Shown here: positions 19,684 through 29,849 of the stretch, in pieces | Layout of the letters: the number at the start of each line of letters is the position of its first letter | How positions within the stretch are numbered: position 1 is the stretch's first letter | NCBI GenBank assembly: GCA_965205485.1 | Contig: OZ242180.1 | Location: 1,792,001 to 1,856,000, forward strand | Direction: 5' to 3' | Source: Candidatus Latescibacterota bacterium | Lineage (GTDB): Bacteria; Latescibacterota; UBA2968; GCA-2709665 | Length of the DNA stretch: 64,000 nt | Program-made: the position numbers and the translations under genes | The notes under the pieces: generated by a model | Told to the model about the DNA's origin: nothing | The model's input: the letters and a program-made list of their open reading frames with translations, nothing else | Databases searched by the model: none

Positions 19684-21306
19684 ATGAAATACGACATCCA
19701 GACGCTCCGGGGGGACATCTTCGGCGGCGTCACGGCAACCGTGGTGGCGCTGCCGGTCGCATTGGCGCTGGGGGTTGCGTCGGGCATGGGCGCGGCGGCC
19801 GGCATGTACGGAGCGATCGCGGTCGGCTTCTTCGCGGCGGTATTCGGCGGTACGCGGACCCAGATTTCGGGCCCCACGGCCCCGATGACCGTGGCTCTCG
19901 TGGTCATTGTTTCCAGCTACACGTCCAACCTCACCGAAGCGCTGACCGTGGTCGTCATGGCGGGATTGCTCCAGACGTTGCTGGGCCTTTCGAGGATCGG
20001 CCGTTTCGTGGCGTATACGCCGCACGTGGTCATTTCGGGATTCATGTCCGGTATCGGCATCATCATCATGGTGATTCACATCCTTCCGTTCTTCGGGTCG
20101 GCCCCGGCGCCGGGCGGTGTAATCGGAACGATCCGCGCGGTGTCCGATGCGATTGAGAACGTGAACTACAACGCGGTGGCCATTGCGGTCGTTGCTCTCG
20201 GCGTGGGCGTGGTCTGGCCCCGAAGGCTGGCCAGATACCTGCCCGGCCCGCTGCTGGCTCTGGTTGCGGGGACCATGCTCGGTGTGTTCTGGTTGGTGGA
20301 TGCGCCGGTCATCGGCAGGATACCGACCGGACTGCCGGAACTGCGATTGACGGTGCCTTCGGCCGGCTTTCTGATGCACGCGCTGGAGCCCGCGCTCATT
20401 CTCGCCCTGCTCGGCTCGGTGGACAGCCTCCTTACCTCGCTGGTCGCCGACTCGTTCACGGGTACCAGGCACAATCCGAGCCGGGAACTGGTGGGGCAGG
20501 GCATCGGCAATGTGATTTCGGGACTGTTCGGCGGTCTCCCGGGCGCAGGGTCGACCACCGGGACCGTAACCAATATACGCGCCGGAGGGGTAACGCCGGT
20601 ATCGGGCGCGCTGTATGGGGTACTCATGCTCGGTCTCCTGCTTGGCCTCGGACGATATGTGGAGCCGATTCCACATGCAGTACTCGCCGGAATCCTGATC
20701 AAGGTCGGATGGGACATCGTCGACTGGCGTCTTCTCTCGCGGATTCACCGCCTGCGCCGGGAACACCTTCTGGTGATGCTGGTTACTCTGGGCCTCACGG
20801 TCTTTGTCGATCTGGTGACCGCCGTAGCGATTGGCCTTATCGTTGCGGGGATGGTACACGCGCGGCAGCTGGAACGCCTGGAACTGGACAGCGTGGTCTC
20901 CGTGCCGCTGCTGGACCGGACGTTCTTTTCCGAGGAGGAGGACGTCGACGCGGCAGCCTTCAGTCCGTATTCGGCTCGCGTGGGACTGGTTGCGCTCAGG
21001 GGCAGCCTCACCGTCGCATCCTCCCACAAGCTGGCGGGCGTGATCGGCGCGGATATCAGGGACCACGAGGTCGTTATCTTCGACTTTTCCGGGGCCACGT
21101 ACCTGGACGACAGCGCAGCCATGGTCATCGGGCAGCTCATGGATATCGCCAGAAGCGAGCAGACCGAATGCATTGTGATGGGACTGTCAGGCCTGGTTCC
21201 GAGAACCCTGAACGCGCTCGGCATCCTGAAACATCTGCCCAGGCACCGCGTTGTCGAAACGCGGGACCAGGCGCGCGAGGCAGCGCGAGGGATTCTCGGT
21301 ATATAG
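19684..21306 (+). CDS. SulP family anion (bicarbonate/sulfate) transporter with STAS domain
   Basis: GDIFGGVTATVVALPVALA, QISGPTAPM, DSLLTS, RELVGQGIGN; STAS motif VIFDFSGATYLDDSA. Confidence 0.93.
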   Translation: MKYDIQTLRGDIFGGVTATVVALPVALALGVASGMGAAAGMYGAIAVGFFAAVFGGTRTQISGPTAPMTVALVVIVSSYTSNLTEALTVVVMAGLLQTLLGLSRIGRFVAYTPHVVISGFMSGIGIIIMVIHILPFFGSAPAPGGVIGTIRAVSDAIENVNYNAVAIAVVALGVGVVWPRRLARYLPGPLLALVAGTMLGVFWLVDAPVIGRIPTGLPELRLTVPSAGFLMHALEPALILALLGSVDSLLTSLVADSFTGTRHNPSRELVGQGIGNVISGLFGGLPGAGSTTGTVTNIRAGGVTPVSGALYGVLMLGLLLGLGRYVEPIPHAVLAGILIKVGWDIVDWRLLSRIHRLRREHLLVMLVTLGLTVFVDLVTAVAIGLIVAGMVHARQLERLELDSVVSVPLLDRTFFSEEEDVDAAAFSPYSARVGLVALRGSLTVASSHKLAGVIGADIRDHEVVIFDFSGATYLDDSAAMVIGQLMDIARSEQTECIVMGLSGLVPRTLNALGILKHLPRHRVVETRDQAREAARGILGI

Positions 21307-21409
21307 CGGATCGTCCGCGGTTTCGGAGCGCCTGCCGGGAAACCGGCGGAGGAAATATCTGACAGGAAGGACTTATGAAGGGGTCCGGTGCGATCGCCGC
21401 ATTTCACTC

Positions 21410-21442
21410 AACCCGGGGCGCAATTCCCGCCCCGGGTTTTTT
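21410..21442 (+). terminator. Rho-independent terminator
   Basis: Perfect 11-bp stem AACCCGGGGCG/CGCCCCGGGTT followed by a T run. Confidence 0.7.
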
Positions 21443-21777
21443 CTACGTTCGGCAATATGTGTAGAACCCCGCCTGTTCCGCCTATTGTTATCATCGCCGT
21501 CTCGAATTCAAGTCGAAAATTGCGCGGGCCTTTTTTAAAAAGAAATTCGGTCATGCCCTTGTGTACCGGGAAATTGCACTTATATTCATTATTACGGATA
21601 AATCCGGCAGCGCCTTCGAGCGCTGGAGCAGGGATGTTCGTCGTCCGGTTCGTTCGCTGGTTCAATCCATATTGGTGAACGAGTCAGGAGCCAGTTTCAG
21701 TGGGCGGTATTCGAGCACACTGATCGTGGCTTTCTGGTTCTCTTCGCTGGTAACCCGCAGCATTGGGAGGGATCGTC

Positions 21778-23295
21778 ATGTTCAGCGGTATGCGCAGTTT
21801 GTTTGTACTCGCAGTGGCAGTGAGTCTGACGTGGGGTTGCGGTCGTGAACGCCTGACAACGTCGCACGTGCCGGAGTCCGGAGAACAGTTCGGTCAACCG
21901 GCCGGCAAGATTGCACTCAACGGAATGATGAGGGCCGTGGTGGTGGCCAACGTGTCGGACGGCGAGGCGCCTGTAAGCGGCGTTACTGTCGAGTTCTCGC
22001 GTTCGGTTTCAGGTCAGGCCGCCAATTTCCAATGGTCGGGATCCACCAATGTACGCGGTCAGGCCTACGTGGATATCGGGGGCGCCGGGGTGACCGGCTA
22101 CTACCGGGCGCGGGCGATGAGGGACGGTAGCGAGATCGGTTCGTGGCTGAGCATACCGGTCAACAGCGGATATCAGTCGTCAGTTGAGCTGCCGATCGGC
22201 GACAAAGCGAGCGCAACCGGTGCGATTGAGCTGACGCCCGGCGGTCTGCCCGCGAAGATAGCCATCGGGGTCGCCGTGCCGCTTACGGGTCCTCAAGACG
22301 TGTACGGCCTGCCGGCGATGGCAGGCTTCGAGTTGGCTCAGAAGGAAATCAACAGTTCATCGAGACTCGGCGGCGCAAGTATCGAGTTTATCGTCGAGGA
22401 CACAGAGGGCTCGGTCGACGCCGCCACTGCAGCGTTCAACAAACTCATCGACGAAGACGGCGTAAACGTCATCCTGGGCCCCGGTATTTCCACCGTGGGA
22501 AAGGAAGTGTTCCCAATCGCCCAGGAGAACGAGGTCCTGGCATTCAGTTCGACGTCGACTGCCGTCGGCCTGAGCGCCATCGGCGATTATATCTTCCGCT
22601 CCGGACTCAACGTCGGTACGCTGGTCCCTGGCGCCGTCAAGGACCTGCAGGAGAAACTGAGGTTCAGCAGGGTCGCCACGATGGTCGACGATGCTGACGT
22701 CTATTCCAGGAGCCTGGATGAGGCGGTAAGCAATGCCCTGATGGAAGGCGAGGTGGAGATTCTGGGCCGGGAGACATTCGCGACGGGAGATACGTCTTTC
22801 GCGGACCAGTTGAACAACATCAAGGAATTGAACCCGCACGCCCTCTTTGTTTCGTGTCTGGCGGCGGAGATGATTGAAATCATGACCCAGGCCCGTGAAG
22901 TTGGCATTCCCTCGAATATTCCCATCATTATTCCCGAAATGACGATGGACGAAGTGGCGGCCGCCGGAGACGCCGCGGAACGTGTGATCAGCATTACGAG
23001 TTGGGCAACCAACGCATCCACGCCGGGAAATCAGACCTTCATTGAAAGTTATATGGCGGAAAACGACAGTGAGCCCGGTCCGTGGGCCGCGCTTTCGTAC
23101 GCCTCGCTGTACATTCTTGCGGATGCTATCGCGGACGCCGGATCGACGAACGCGAGCGCGATCAAGGACGCAATGGCCGCTACCCGGGATGTCGACACGA
23201 TTCTGGGCCGGTTCTCGTTCAACGCCGACGGCGACGCGGTCTACGATCCTATCGTGCTTGTTGTTCGGGACGGCGCATTCGAGCTGTTCGAGTAA
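21778..23295 (+). CDS. Lipoprotein: Ig-like N-terminal module + LivJ-type binding domain (paralogue 1)
   Basis: Lipobox-like TWGC; IAIGVAVPLTG, VILGP, GDYIFR, TILGRFSFNADGDAVY. Confidence 0.85.
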   Translation: MFSGMRSLFVLAVAVSLTWGCGRERLTTSHVPESGEQFGQPAGKIALNGMMRAVVVANVSDGEAPVSGVTVEFSRSVSGQAANFQWSGSTNVRGQAYVDIGGAGVTGYYRARAMRDGSEIGSWLSIPVNSGYQSSVELPIGDKASATGAIELTPGGLPAKIAIGVAVPLTGPQDVYGLPAMAGFELAQKEINSSSRLGGASIEFIVEDTEGSVDAATAAFNKLIDEDGVNVILGPGISTVGKEVFPIAQENEVLAFSSTSTAVGLSAIGDYIFRSGLNVGTLVPGAVKDLQEKLRFSRVATMVDDADVYSRSLDEAVSNALMEGEVEILGRETFATGDTSFADQLNNIKELNPHALFVSCLAAEMIEIMTQAREVGIPSNIPIIIPEMTMDEVAAAGDAAERVISITSWATNASTPGNQTFIESYMAENDSEPGPWAALSYASLYILADAIADAGSTNASAIKDAMAATRDVDTILGRFSFNADGDAVYDPIVLVVRDGAFELFE

Positions 23296-23434
23296 GCAAG
23301 GTTGGCAATAGAGTCCGTCCGGTTGGGACGAATAAATGACAGGCAGTGAAGGCTGCCTGTCATTTTGCGATATGGAGGAAGACGAACCTCTGCCCGTTTT
23401 TCATATTGCTTCTTTGAATTCGAGGAGGTCCGGT

Positions 23435-24958
23435 CTGTTCAACAATATCAGGGGTGTGCTGGTATTTGCGCTCGTCACTGGCGTGAGCTGGAGTTGCGGC
23501 GGCGAACGCGTCACGACGTCGCAGCTTCCGGAAGCCGGAGACGCGGTCGGTCCCGCGGCGGGCAAACTCGCTGCGGTCGGAAACACGACTCAGGCTTCGG
23601 TCATCGTTCGCGTCCTTCACGGTCAGACGCCGCAAAGCGGCGTCACCGTCGAGTTCGCCCGATCTGTCTCCGGGCGTGTGGCGGACTATGCGTGGTCCGG
23701 TGTGACGGACGTGCGCGGGCGCACGCAAGTCAGGATTGCGGGAAACCGGGTGAGCGGTTATTATAGCGCGCGGGCGATGCAGGGTGGGGCCGTGCTGGGT
23801 AACTGGACGAGCATTCCGGTCAACGCGGGATTCGAATCCACGGTTGAACTACCGGTCGGCGAAACGTCCCGCGTGACCGCCTCAATGAGGCTGACGCCGG
23901 GGGGGCTTCCCGAGCAGATTGTGATCGGACTGGTACTTCCCTGGGAAGAGCCGCAGCGCCCCTTCAGCCAGCCGATTATGAATGGATTTCAACTCGCCCG
24001 CGTGGAGATCAATGGATCATCCCGGTTGGGCGGCGCACGCATCGAGTTCATCGTCGAGAGTTCTCAAGGTACCGCCGAAGGCTCGGTTGAAGCGTTCGAC
24101 AAGCTGATTCGTCAGGACCGAGTACCGGTGATTCTCGGCCCGGCGCTTTCCACCGGGGCCGTGGCGGCGTTCCCCGTCGCGCAGCAGAGCCAGGTGGTCG
24201 CCTTCAGTTCAACGTCGGTCGCCCCCGGTCTGAGCGCAATCGGCGACTACATTTTCCGCGCCGGCCTCAGTCTGGGCGTGCTCGTACCCGGCGGCGTTGA
24301 AAAGACGATGGATAAACTGGGCTATCGCCGGGTGGCGACGATGGTGGATGAGAGCGATTTCTTTGCGCGGGCCAGCGACGAGGCGCTGAGGAGCGCGCTG
24401 ACCGGTGCGGACGTCGAGATCCTGGCAAGGGAGACGATTGAAACGAGCGATTCCACATTTGTCGAACAGTTGACCCGCATCCAGGCGCTGAACCCGGACG
24501 CCATATTCGTCTCGGTGATATCGCCGGCCGACAGGGTACGAATCCTGGTTGAGGGACGGCAGATCGGCATACCCGCCAATGTGCCGTATATTGTTCCGGA
24601 GCTGACGATAGACGACGTGCAGGCTGCTGGTGAAGCCGCGGAGGGCGCGATCACCTTTACAGGCTGGGTCAGTACGGCAACGACGCCAGGTAACCGGGAG
24701 TTCGTCGAGAACTACACGGCGGAATTCGGGTCCGGACCGAACCACTGGGCCGCGCAATCCTTTGCGGCTTTGCACATCTTGTCGGAAGCGATCGCAAACG
24801 CAGGTTCGACCGATGCGAACGTGATTCGAGACGAATTGGCGGACATCAGGGATCTGGACACGATTCTGGGACAATTCTCGTTCAACGCCGACGGCGACGC
24901 TGTTTACGATCCCGTTGTACTGATCGTCCGGGACGGCGAATTCGAGATTTTCGAGTGA
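23435..24958 (+). CDS. Lipoprotein: Ig-like N-terminal module + LivJ-type binding domain (paralogue 2)
   Basis: Collinear with paralogue 1; lipobox SWSC. Best start is CTG at 23435 behind GAGGAGG (ORF track gives 23336). Confidence 0.82.
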   Translation: MFNNIRGVLVFALVTGVSWSCGGERVTTSQLPEAGDAVGPAAGKLAAVGNTTQASVIVRVLHGQTPQSGVTVEFARSVSGRVADYAWSGVTDVRGRTQVRIAGNRVSGYYSARAMQGGAVLGNWTSIPVNAGFESTVELPVGETSRVTASMRLTPGGLPEQIVIGLVLPWEEPQRPFSQPIMNGFQLARVEINGSSRLGGARIEFIVESSQGTAEGSVEAFDKLIRQDRVPVILGPALSTGAVAAFPVAQQSQVVAFSSTSVAPGLSAIGDYIFRAGLSLGVLVPGGVEKTMDKLGYRRVATMVDESDFFARASDEALRSALTGADVEILARETIETSDSTFVEQLTRIQALNPDAIFVSVISPADRVRILVEGRQIGIPANVPYIVPELTIDDVQAAGEAAEGAITFTGWVSTATTPGNREFVENYTAEFGSGPNHWAAQSFAALHILSEAIANAGSTDANVIRDELADIRDLDTILGQFSFNADGDAVYDPVVLIVRDGEFEIFE

Positions 24959-25054
24959 ACGCACGTTACGTGCTTGCACAGAAGTCGCACTCTGTGCCAA
25001 TAGCCGATCTTACGGGTTCGTTTTGCTGGTAGATTCCAAAACGGAGGGCTGGCA

Positions 25055-26566
25055 ATGATTGCCGGTGCTCGCGGTCTGCTCTTGTTCACGCTTGTCGCTG
25101 CCGCAACCTGGGGTTGCGGGGATGAACGCCCGACGATCTCGCGGGTACCGGAGGCTGACCATCAGACCGTCCAGCCATTGGGAAAACTGGCTGGCAGTGG
25201 AGACACCCAAGCCGCTCGGGTTGTGGCCCGGGTCATGCAGGGTGAGAATCCGGTAGGCGGCGTCACCGTCGAGTTCGCGCGTTCGGTTTCAGGACGGGCG
25301 ACCGATTATGAATGGTCGGCCACAACCGGCCTGGATGGTCAGGCGCGGGTAGAGATCCGGGGGGACCGGGTGAGCGGATACTACCGGGCCCGGGCCCTGC
25401 GGGACGGTCATCCCCTGGGGACATGGTCGAGTATACCGATAAATGGCGGGTATGAAGTGACGGTTGACCTGCCCGTTGGCGGTACCGCGCGCGTGACGGG
25501 TTCGTCCCTTCCAACACCAGTGGGACTCCGTGGTGAGATTGCGATTGGCATCGTCCTGCCCGTGACCACCCCACGCGGTCTGGAGATAAAGAGCGGATTT
25601 GAACTCGCTCGCGACGAGATCAACGGCTCATCCAAACTCGGCGAAGCGAGAATCAGTTTCATTATCGAGGATTCTCGAAGCTCGCCAGAGAGCGCCGTTG
25701 AAGCGTTCAACAAACTCATTCATCAGGACGGCGTTCCCGTCATTCTCGGCCCCACCCTCTCAACCGAGGCCAAAGAGGTCTTTCCCATCGCGCAACGGAA
25801 TAGGGTGGTGGCTTTCAGTTCGACGTCGAGCGCATCCGGCCTGAGCGCGGTCGGCGATTTTATCTTCCGGGTTGCGCTCAGCGTTGACGTCCTCGTGCCT
25901 GCCGGCGTCCGGCAGACCCGGGAGAAGCTCGGCTATCAGAGAGTGGCTACGATATATGATCGGATCGACGTCTTCACGCGGAGCAGCGACGAGACGTTGA
26001 GCAGTGCGCTCGCTGAAAACGGAGTCGAGATCCTCGCCAGGGAGACCTTTGAGACGGGCGATACCACCTTTGCCGAACAGTTGACACGGATCAAGGCGTT
26101 GAATCCGGACGCCGTCTTCGTCTCGGCCCTTTCAGCGGAACTGTCTGAGATTCTGATTCAGGGCCGTCGTCTGGGCGTTCCACCCGGTGTTCCCTTTATT
26201 ACTCTTGAGATGACCTTGAACGAAGTGCGAGCCGCGGGCGCAGCCGCCGAAGGCGCAATTACGTTTACAGGTTGGACCAGACTGGCTGCCACACCGGGAA
26301 ACCAGGCCTTTGTTGAAGATTATGAAGCCAAATATGGTATTGACGCCAGCCGCCGGTCGGCGCAGTCCTATGCCGCCCTAAACATCCTCTCCGAAGCGAT
26401 CGCGACTGGAGGTTCAGCCGACGCGAGCGCAATTCGAGACGCGATGGCGAGTATCCGGGATCTGGATACTATCCTGGGCCAATTCTCATTCAACGCCGAC
26501 GGCGATGCGGTTTACGATCCAATTGTGCTGATTGCGCGTGGTGGCGAATTCGAGATCTTCGAATGA
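25055..26566 (+). CDS. Lipoprotein: Ig-like N-terminal module + LivJ-type binding domain (paralogue 3)
   Basis: TWGC lipobox; same architecture and C-terminus. Confidence 0.85.
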   Translation: MIAGARGLLLFTLVAAATWGCGDERPTISRVPEADHQTVQPLGKLAGSGDTQAARVVARVMQGENPVGGVTVEFARSVSGRATDYEWSATTGLDGQARVEIRGDRVSGYYRARALRDGHPLGTWSSIPINGGYEVTVDLPVGGTARVTGSSLPTPVGLRGEIAIGIVLPVTTPRGLEIKSGFELARDEINGSSKLGEARISFIIEDSRSSPESAVEAFNKLIHQDGVPVILGPTLSTEAKEVFPIAQRNRVVAFSSTSSASGLSAVGDFIFRVALSVDVLVPAGVRQTREKLGYQRVATIYDRIDVFTRSSDETLSSALAENGVEILARETFETGDTTFAEQLTRIKALNPDAVFVSALSAELSEILIQGRRLGVPPGVPFITLEMTLNEVRAAGAAAEGAITFTGWTRLAATPGNQAFVEDYEAKYGIDASRRSAQSYAALNILSEAIATGGSADASAIRDAMASIRDLDTILGQFSFNADGDAVYDPIVLIARGGEFEIFE

Positions 26567-26664
26567 ACGCACGTTTCCAGGGCGGTGGCGAAAATACACT
26601 CTAAACCAGTAGCCGACTTTCCAGGTTCGTCTAACACGCAGAATTCAAACCGGAGGAGATTGCC

Positions 26665-28275
26665 ATGTCAACCCGTGTTCGCAGTTTGTTTCTGTTCGCG
26701 CTTGTCGCAGTCGTAACCTGGGGTTGCGGGGGTGAACGCCTGACGACGTCGCAGGTACCGGAGGCTGACGTTCGAACCGGCGAGGCATTGGGAAAACTGG
26801 CTGTCAGTGGAGACACCACACCTGCCCTGGTCGTCGCCAGGGTGATTCAGGGTGAGAGTCCGGTAAGCGGTGTCACCGTGGAAATCGCACGTTCCATTTC
26901 CGGGCGCCCGGCGGATTACGAGGCATCGGGGACGACCGATGCGAACGGCGTCACGCGGGTGGAAGTTGGCGGGTCGGGCGGGTACTACCGGGCCCGGGCG
27001 ATGCAGGACGGAAGTTCGCTGGGATCGTGGGCCAGTATACCGTTAAATGGGGGGTATGAAACCAACGTCGATTTGCCTGTTGGGGACAAGGCGCGCGTCA
27101 CGGGTGCGTTTGAACGGGCCCTGGTTGCGTTCGGCGAGGGCCAGGCCGTGCATATCCAATCGCTGCTTACCCATACGATCTCGGCATCGCTTGGCAATCC
27201 GTCGCGCAACGCCGTCGAGCTGGCTGTCCGGGACTACGGAACCGTCCACGGCCGCGACGTCGAGCTCGGCGATCCCGTTGACGGCCTGTGCGGGCCGGAG
27301 GGCGGACACGCGGGCGCAGTGCAGATTGTCGCCGATTCACGGGTGTTGGGCATCGTCGGCACATCCTGCTCGGGCGCCGCGGTGGCGGCGTCACCGGTCA
27401 TCAGCGCGGCCGGTCTGGTCATGATTTCACCATCCAATACGTCCCCAAGATTGACGTCCGACCTGGCGGGCAACGCGAGCTCCGACTATCACCCCGGATA
27501 CTTCCGGGTTGCGGTCAACGACCTCTACCAGGCCCGGGCCGTTGCGGACTTCGCATACAATGAGCTTGGCCTGCGGCGCATGGTGGCCGTAGACGACGGC
27601 GACCCCTATACCACGGCCCTCGTGAGCGCATTCGGCGATGCGTTCGCCGCCGTTGGCGGCGAGGTTTCCGTCAGCGCGCGGATAGACAAAGGACAAACGG
27701 ACATGACGTCGGTTCTCGCGGAATTCGCGGAAGCGGGGCCGGACGCCATCTTCTTCCCGCTATTCGACGAGGAAGGCCTGCCGTTCGCGAAACAGGTAAG
27801 GGAATTCGACGGTCTCGAAGGCGTGACCCTCATTACGGGCGCTGCCCTGCTCGATTCGGAGTTTCTCGCGACGCCTCAATCCGAGGGCGTGTACGCGGCC
27901 GGGCCTGAGGCGGATCTCGGATCGAATGTCAATGCCGTAACCGGCAAGAGCGTGGACGAGGCGCTGGCCGCGTATGAAGCGGCGTACGGCGGATTTCCCG
28001 GGACGCCGTACTGGGCGCATTCCTACGACGCGACGACGTTGCTTCTCAGCGCCATCGAATCCGTGGCGATCGCAAGGGACGAAGAGCTGATCGTGGACCG
28101 CAACGCGCTGCGCCGGGAACTCCACGCGACGTCCGGTTTCCAGGCTCTCGTCGGCACGCTCGCCTGCGATGAATTCGGTGACTGCGGCACCGGACGCATC
28201 AACATCTACCACCATACGGACCCGAGCGTCACCGATCCCTCGCAATTGCCCGTGGTCTATCGATTTGTGCCGTAG
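26665..28275 (+). CDS. Lipoprotein: Ig-like N-terminal module + divergent branched-chain amino-acid binding domain (paralogue 4)
   Basis: TWGC lipobox and shared N-module, but a different binding domain (GIVGTSCSGAA, ISPSNTSP, GYFRVAVND, CDEFGDC). Confidence 0.85.
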   Translation: MSTRVRSLFLFALVAVVTWGCGGERLTTSQVPEADVRTGEALGKLAVSGDTTPALVVARVIQGESPVSGVTVEIARSISGRPADYEASGTTDANGVTRVEVGGSGGYYRARAMQDGSSLGSWASIPLNGGYETNVDLPVGDKARVTGAFERALVAFGEGQAVHIQSLLTHTISASLGNPSRNAVELAVRDYGTVHGRDVELGDPVDGLCGPEGGHAGAVQIVADSRVLGIVGTSCSGAAVAASPVISAAGLVMISPSNTSPRLTSDLAGNASSDYHPGYFRVAVNDLYQARAVADFAYNELGLRRMVAVDDGDPYTTALVSAFGDAFAAVGGEVSVSARIDKGQTDMTSVLAEFAEAGPDAIFFPLFDEEGLPFAKQVREFDGLEGVTLITGAALLDSEFLATPQSEGVYAAGPEADLGSNVNAVTGKSVDEALAAYEAAYGGFPGTPYWAHSYDATTLLLSAIESVAIARDEELIVDRNALRRELHATSGFQALVGTLACDEFGDCGTGRINIYHHTDPSVTDPSQLPVVYRFVP

Positions 28276-28297
28276 TGGTCAAACCTGAGGAAGTTCC

Positions 28298-29818
28298 ATG
28301 TACATCTGGATACGCGGAGCCATTGTTGCGTCGCTCGTTACTGGCATGTTTTGTGGGTGCGGCGGCGAAAGCAGGATGCCGTCGCTCGCGCCGGAGACGG
28401 AAGATCGGGTTGCAAAGCCGCTGGGTAAACTGGCTTCAGGCGGGAATCAGGCGTTAGCGGTCGTAGTGGCCCGGGTGATGCAGGGTCAAACGCCGGTCAG
28501 CGGCGTTTCCGTCGAAATCGGCAGAGCCGTTTCGGGAAGGACGGCGGAATACGAATGGTCGGGTGCAACCAACGCGCGCGGCCAGGCAAGGATTGAGATC
28601 GCCGGGAACCGGGTGACGGGTTACTACCGCGCGAGGGCGATGCGTGGCGGAAGCGTGCTAGGATTGTGGTCGAGCATTCCCGTTAACGGCGACCATGAAA
28701 CGACCGTCGCATTGCCGGTTGGCGGCAATGCGCGCACGGCGGGCTCCATAAGGCTGGCCCCCGGCGGTCTCCCCGAAGAGATTGCCATTGGCGTCGTTCT
28801 GCCCTTGACGGGACCGCAGACCCGTTACGGATTACCGGCAAGAGACGGCTTTGAACTCGCCCGGGAGGAGATCAACAACTCGTCCAGGCTCGGCGGCGCC
28901 GGCATCAACTTCCTTATCGAGGATTCCCGGGGCACGGCCGAAGGCGCCGTTGACGCATTCAACAAACTGATCGATCGGGACGGCGTGTCCGCCATACTCG
29001 GTCCCGTGATTTCAACGGCCGCCCGGGAGGCGTTTCCCATTGCCGAGCGAAACGAGGTAATCGCGTTCAGTTCAATCTCGACGGCGGCGGGCCTGAGCGC
29101 GATCGGCGATTATATATTCCGCGCCGGCCTGAACGTCAACGCGCTGTTGCCCGGCCCCGTCAGGGAGACGCATGAGAAACTGAGGTATCGGAGGGTGGCG
29201 ACGATTGTCGATGAAACCGATGTCTTTTCGAAGAGCAGCGACGAGACGATCAGAAGAACGCTATCCGGGATCGAGGTTGAAATCCTGGCGACTGAGACGA
29301 TTGCCACGGGCGATACCACGTTTAGCGAACAGTTGACGCGTATCAAGGCGTTGAATCCGCACGCCGTCTTTGTCTCTGCCCTGGGCGCCGAACAATCCAG
29401 GATACTGATCCAGGCGCGCGAAGCCGGTATCGGCGCAAATATCCCCTTCCTGGTTCCTGTAATGACCGCGGTGGAAGTTGAGGCTGCGGGCGATGCCGCT
29501 GAGGGCGCCATTTCTTTTGTCAGCTGGTCAAGCGCCGCCGAAACGCCCGGAAATGAGACCTTTGTGGCGAACTATCTCGCGAGATACGGTTCCGAACCAA
29601 GCACGTGGGCGGCCCAGTCGTACGCCGCCCTCTACATAATCGCGGAGGCCATCTCCCGGGCCGGGTCAACCGATTCGGGCGCAATTCGAGGCGCGATGGC
29701 CGGTACGCGGGATCTGGATACGGTACTGGGCTCGTTTTCCTTCGACGACAGCGGTGATGCGGTTTACGACCCGGTGGTGCTGATCGTCAGAGACGGCGAG
29801 TTGGCAGTCTTCGAATAA
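28298..29818 (+). CDS. Lipoprotein: Ig-like N-terminal module + LivJ-type binding domain (paralogue 5)
   Basis: FCGC lipobox; same architecture as paralogues 1-3. Confidence 0.85.
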   Translation: MYIWIRGAIVASLVTGMFCGCGGESRMPSLAPETEDRVAKPLGKLASGGNQALAVVVARVMQGQTPVSGVSVEIGRAVSGRTAEYEWSGATNARGQARIEIAGNRVTGYYRARAMRGGSVLGLWSSIPVNGDHETTVALPVGGNARTAGSIRLAPGGLPEEIAIGVVLPLTGPQTRYGLPARDGFELAREEINNSSRLGGAGINFLIEDSRGTAEGAVDAFNKLIDRDGVSAILGPVISTAAREAFPIAERNEVIAFSSISTAAGLSAIGDYIFRAGLNVNALLPGPVRETHEKLRYRRVATIVDETDVFSKSSDETIRRTLSGIEVEILATETIATGDTTFSEQLTRIKALNPHAVFVSALGAEQSRILIQAREAGIGANIPFLVPVMTAVEVEAAGDAAEGAISFVSWSSAAETPGNETFVANYLARYGSEPSTWAAQSYAALYIIAEAISRAGSTDSGAIRGAMAGTRDLDTVLGSFSFDDSGDAVYDPVVLIVRDGELAVFE

Positions 29819-29849
29819 GGGCCGGCAACTGACCGAAGGTTTCCGGTAC

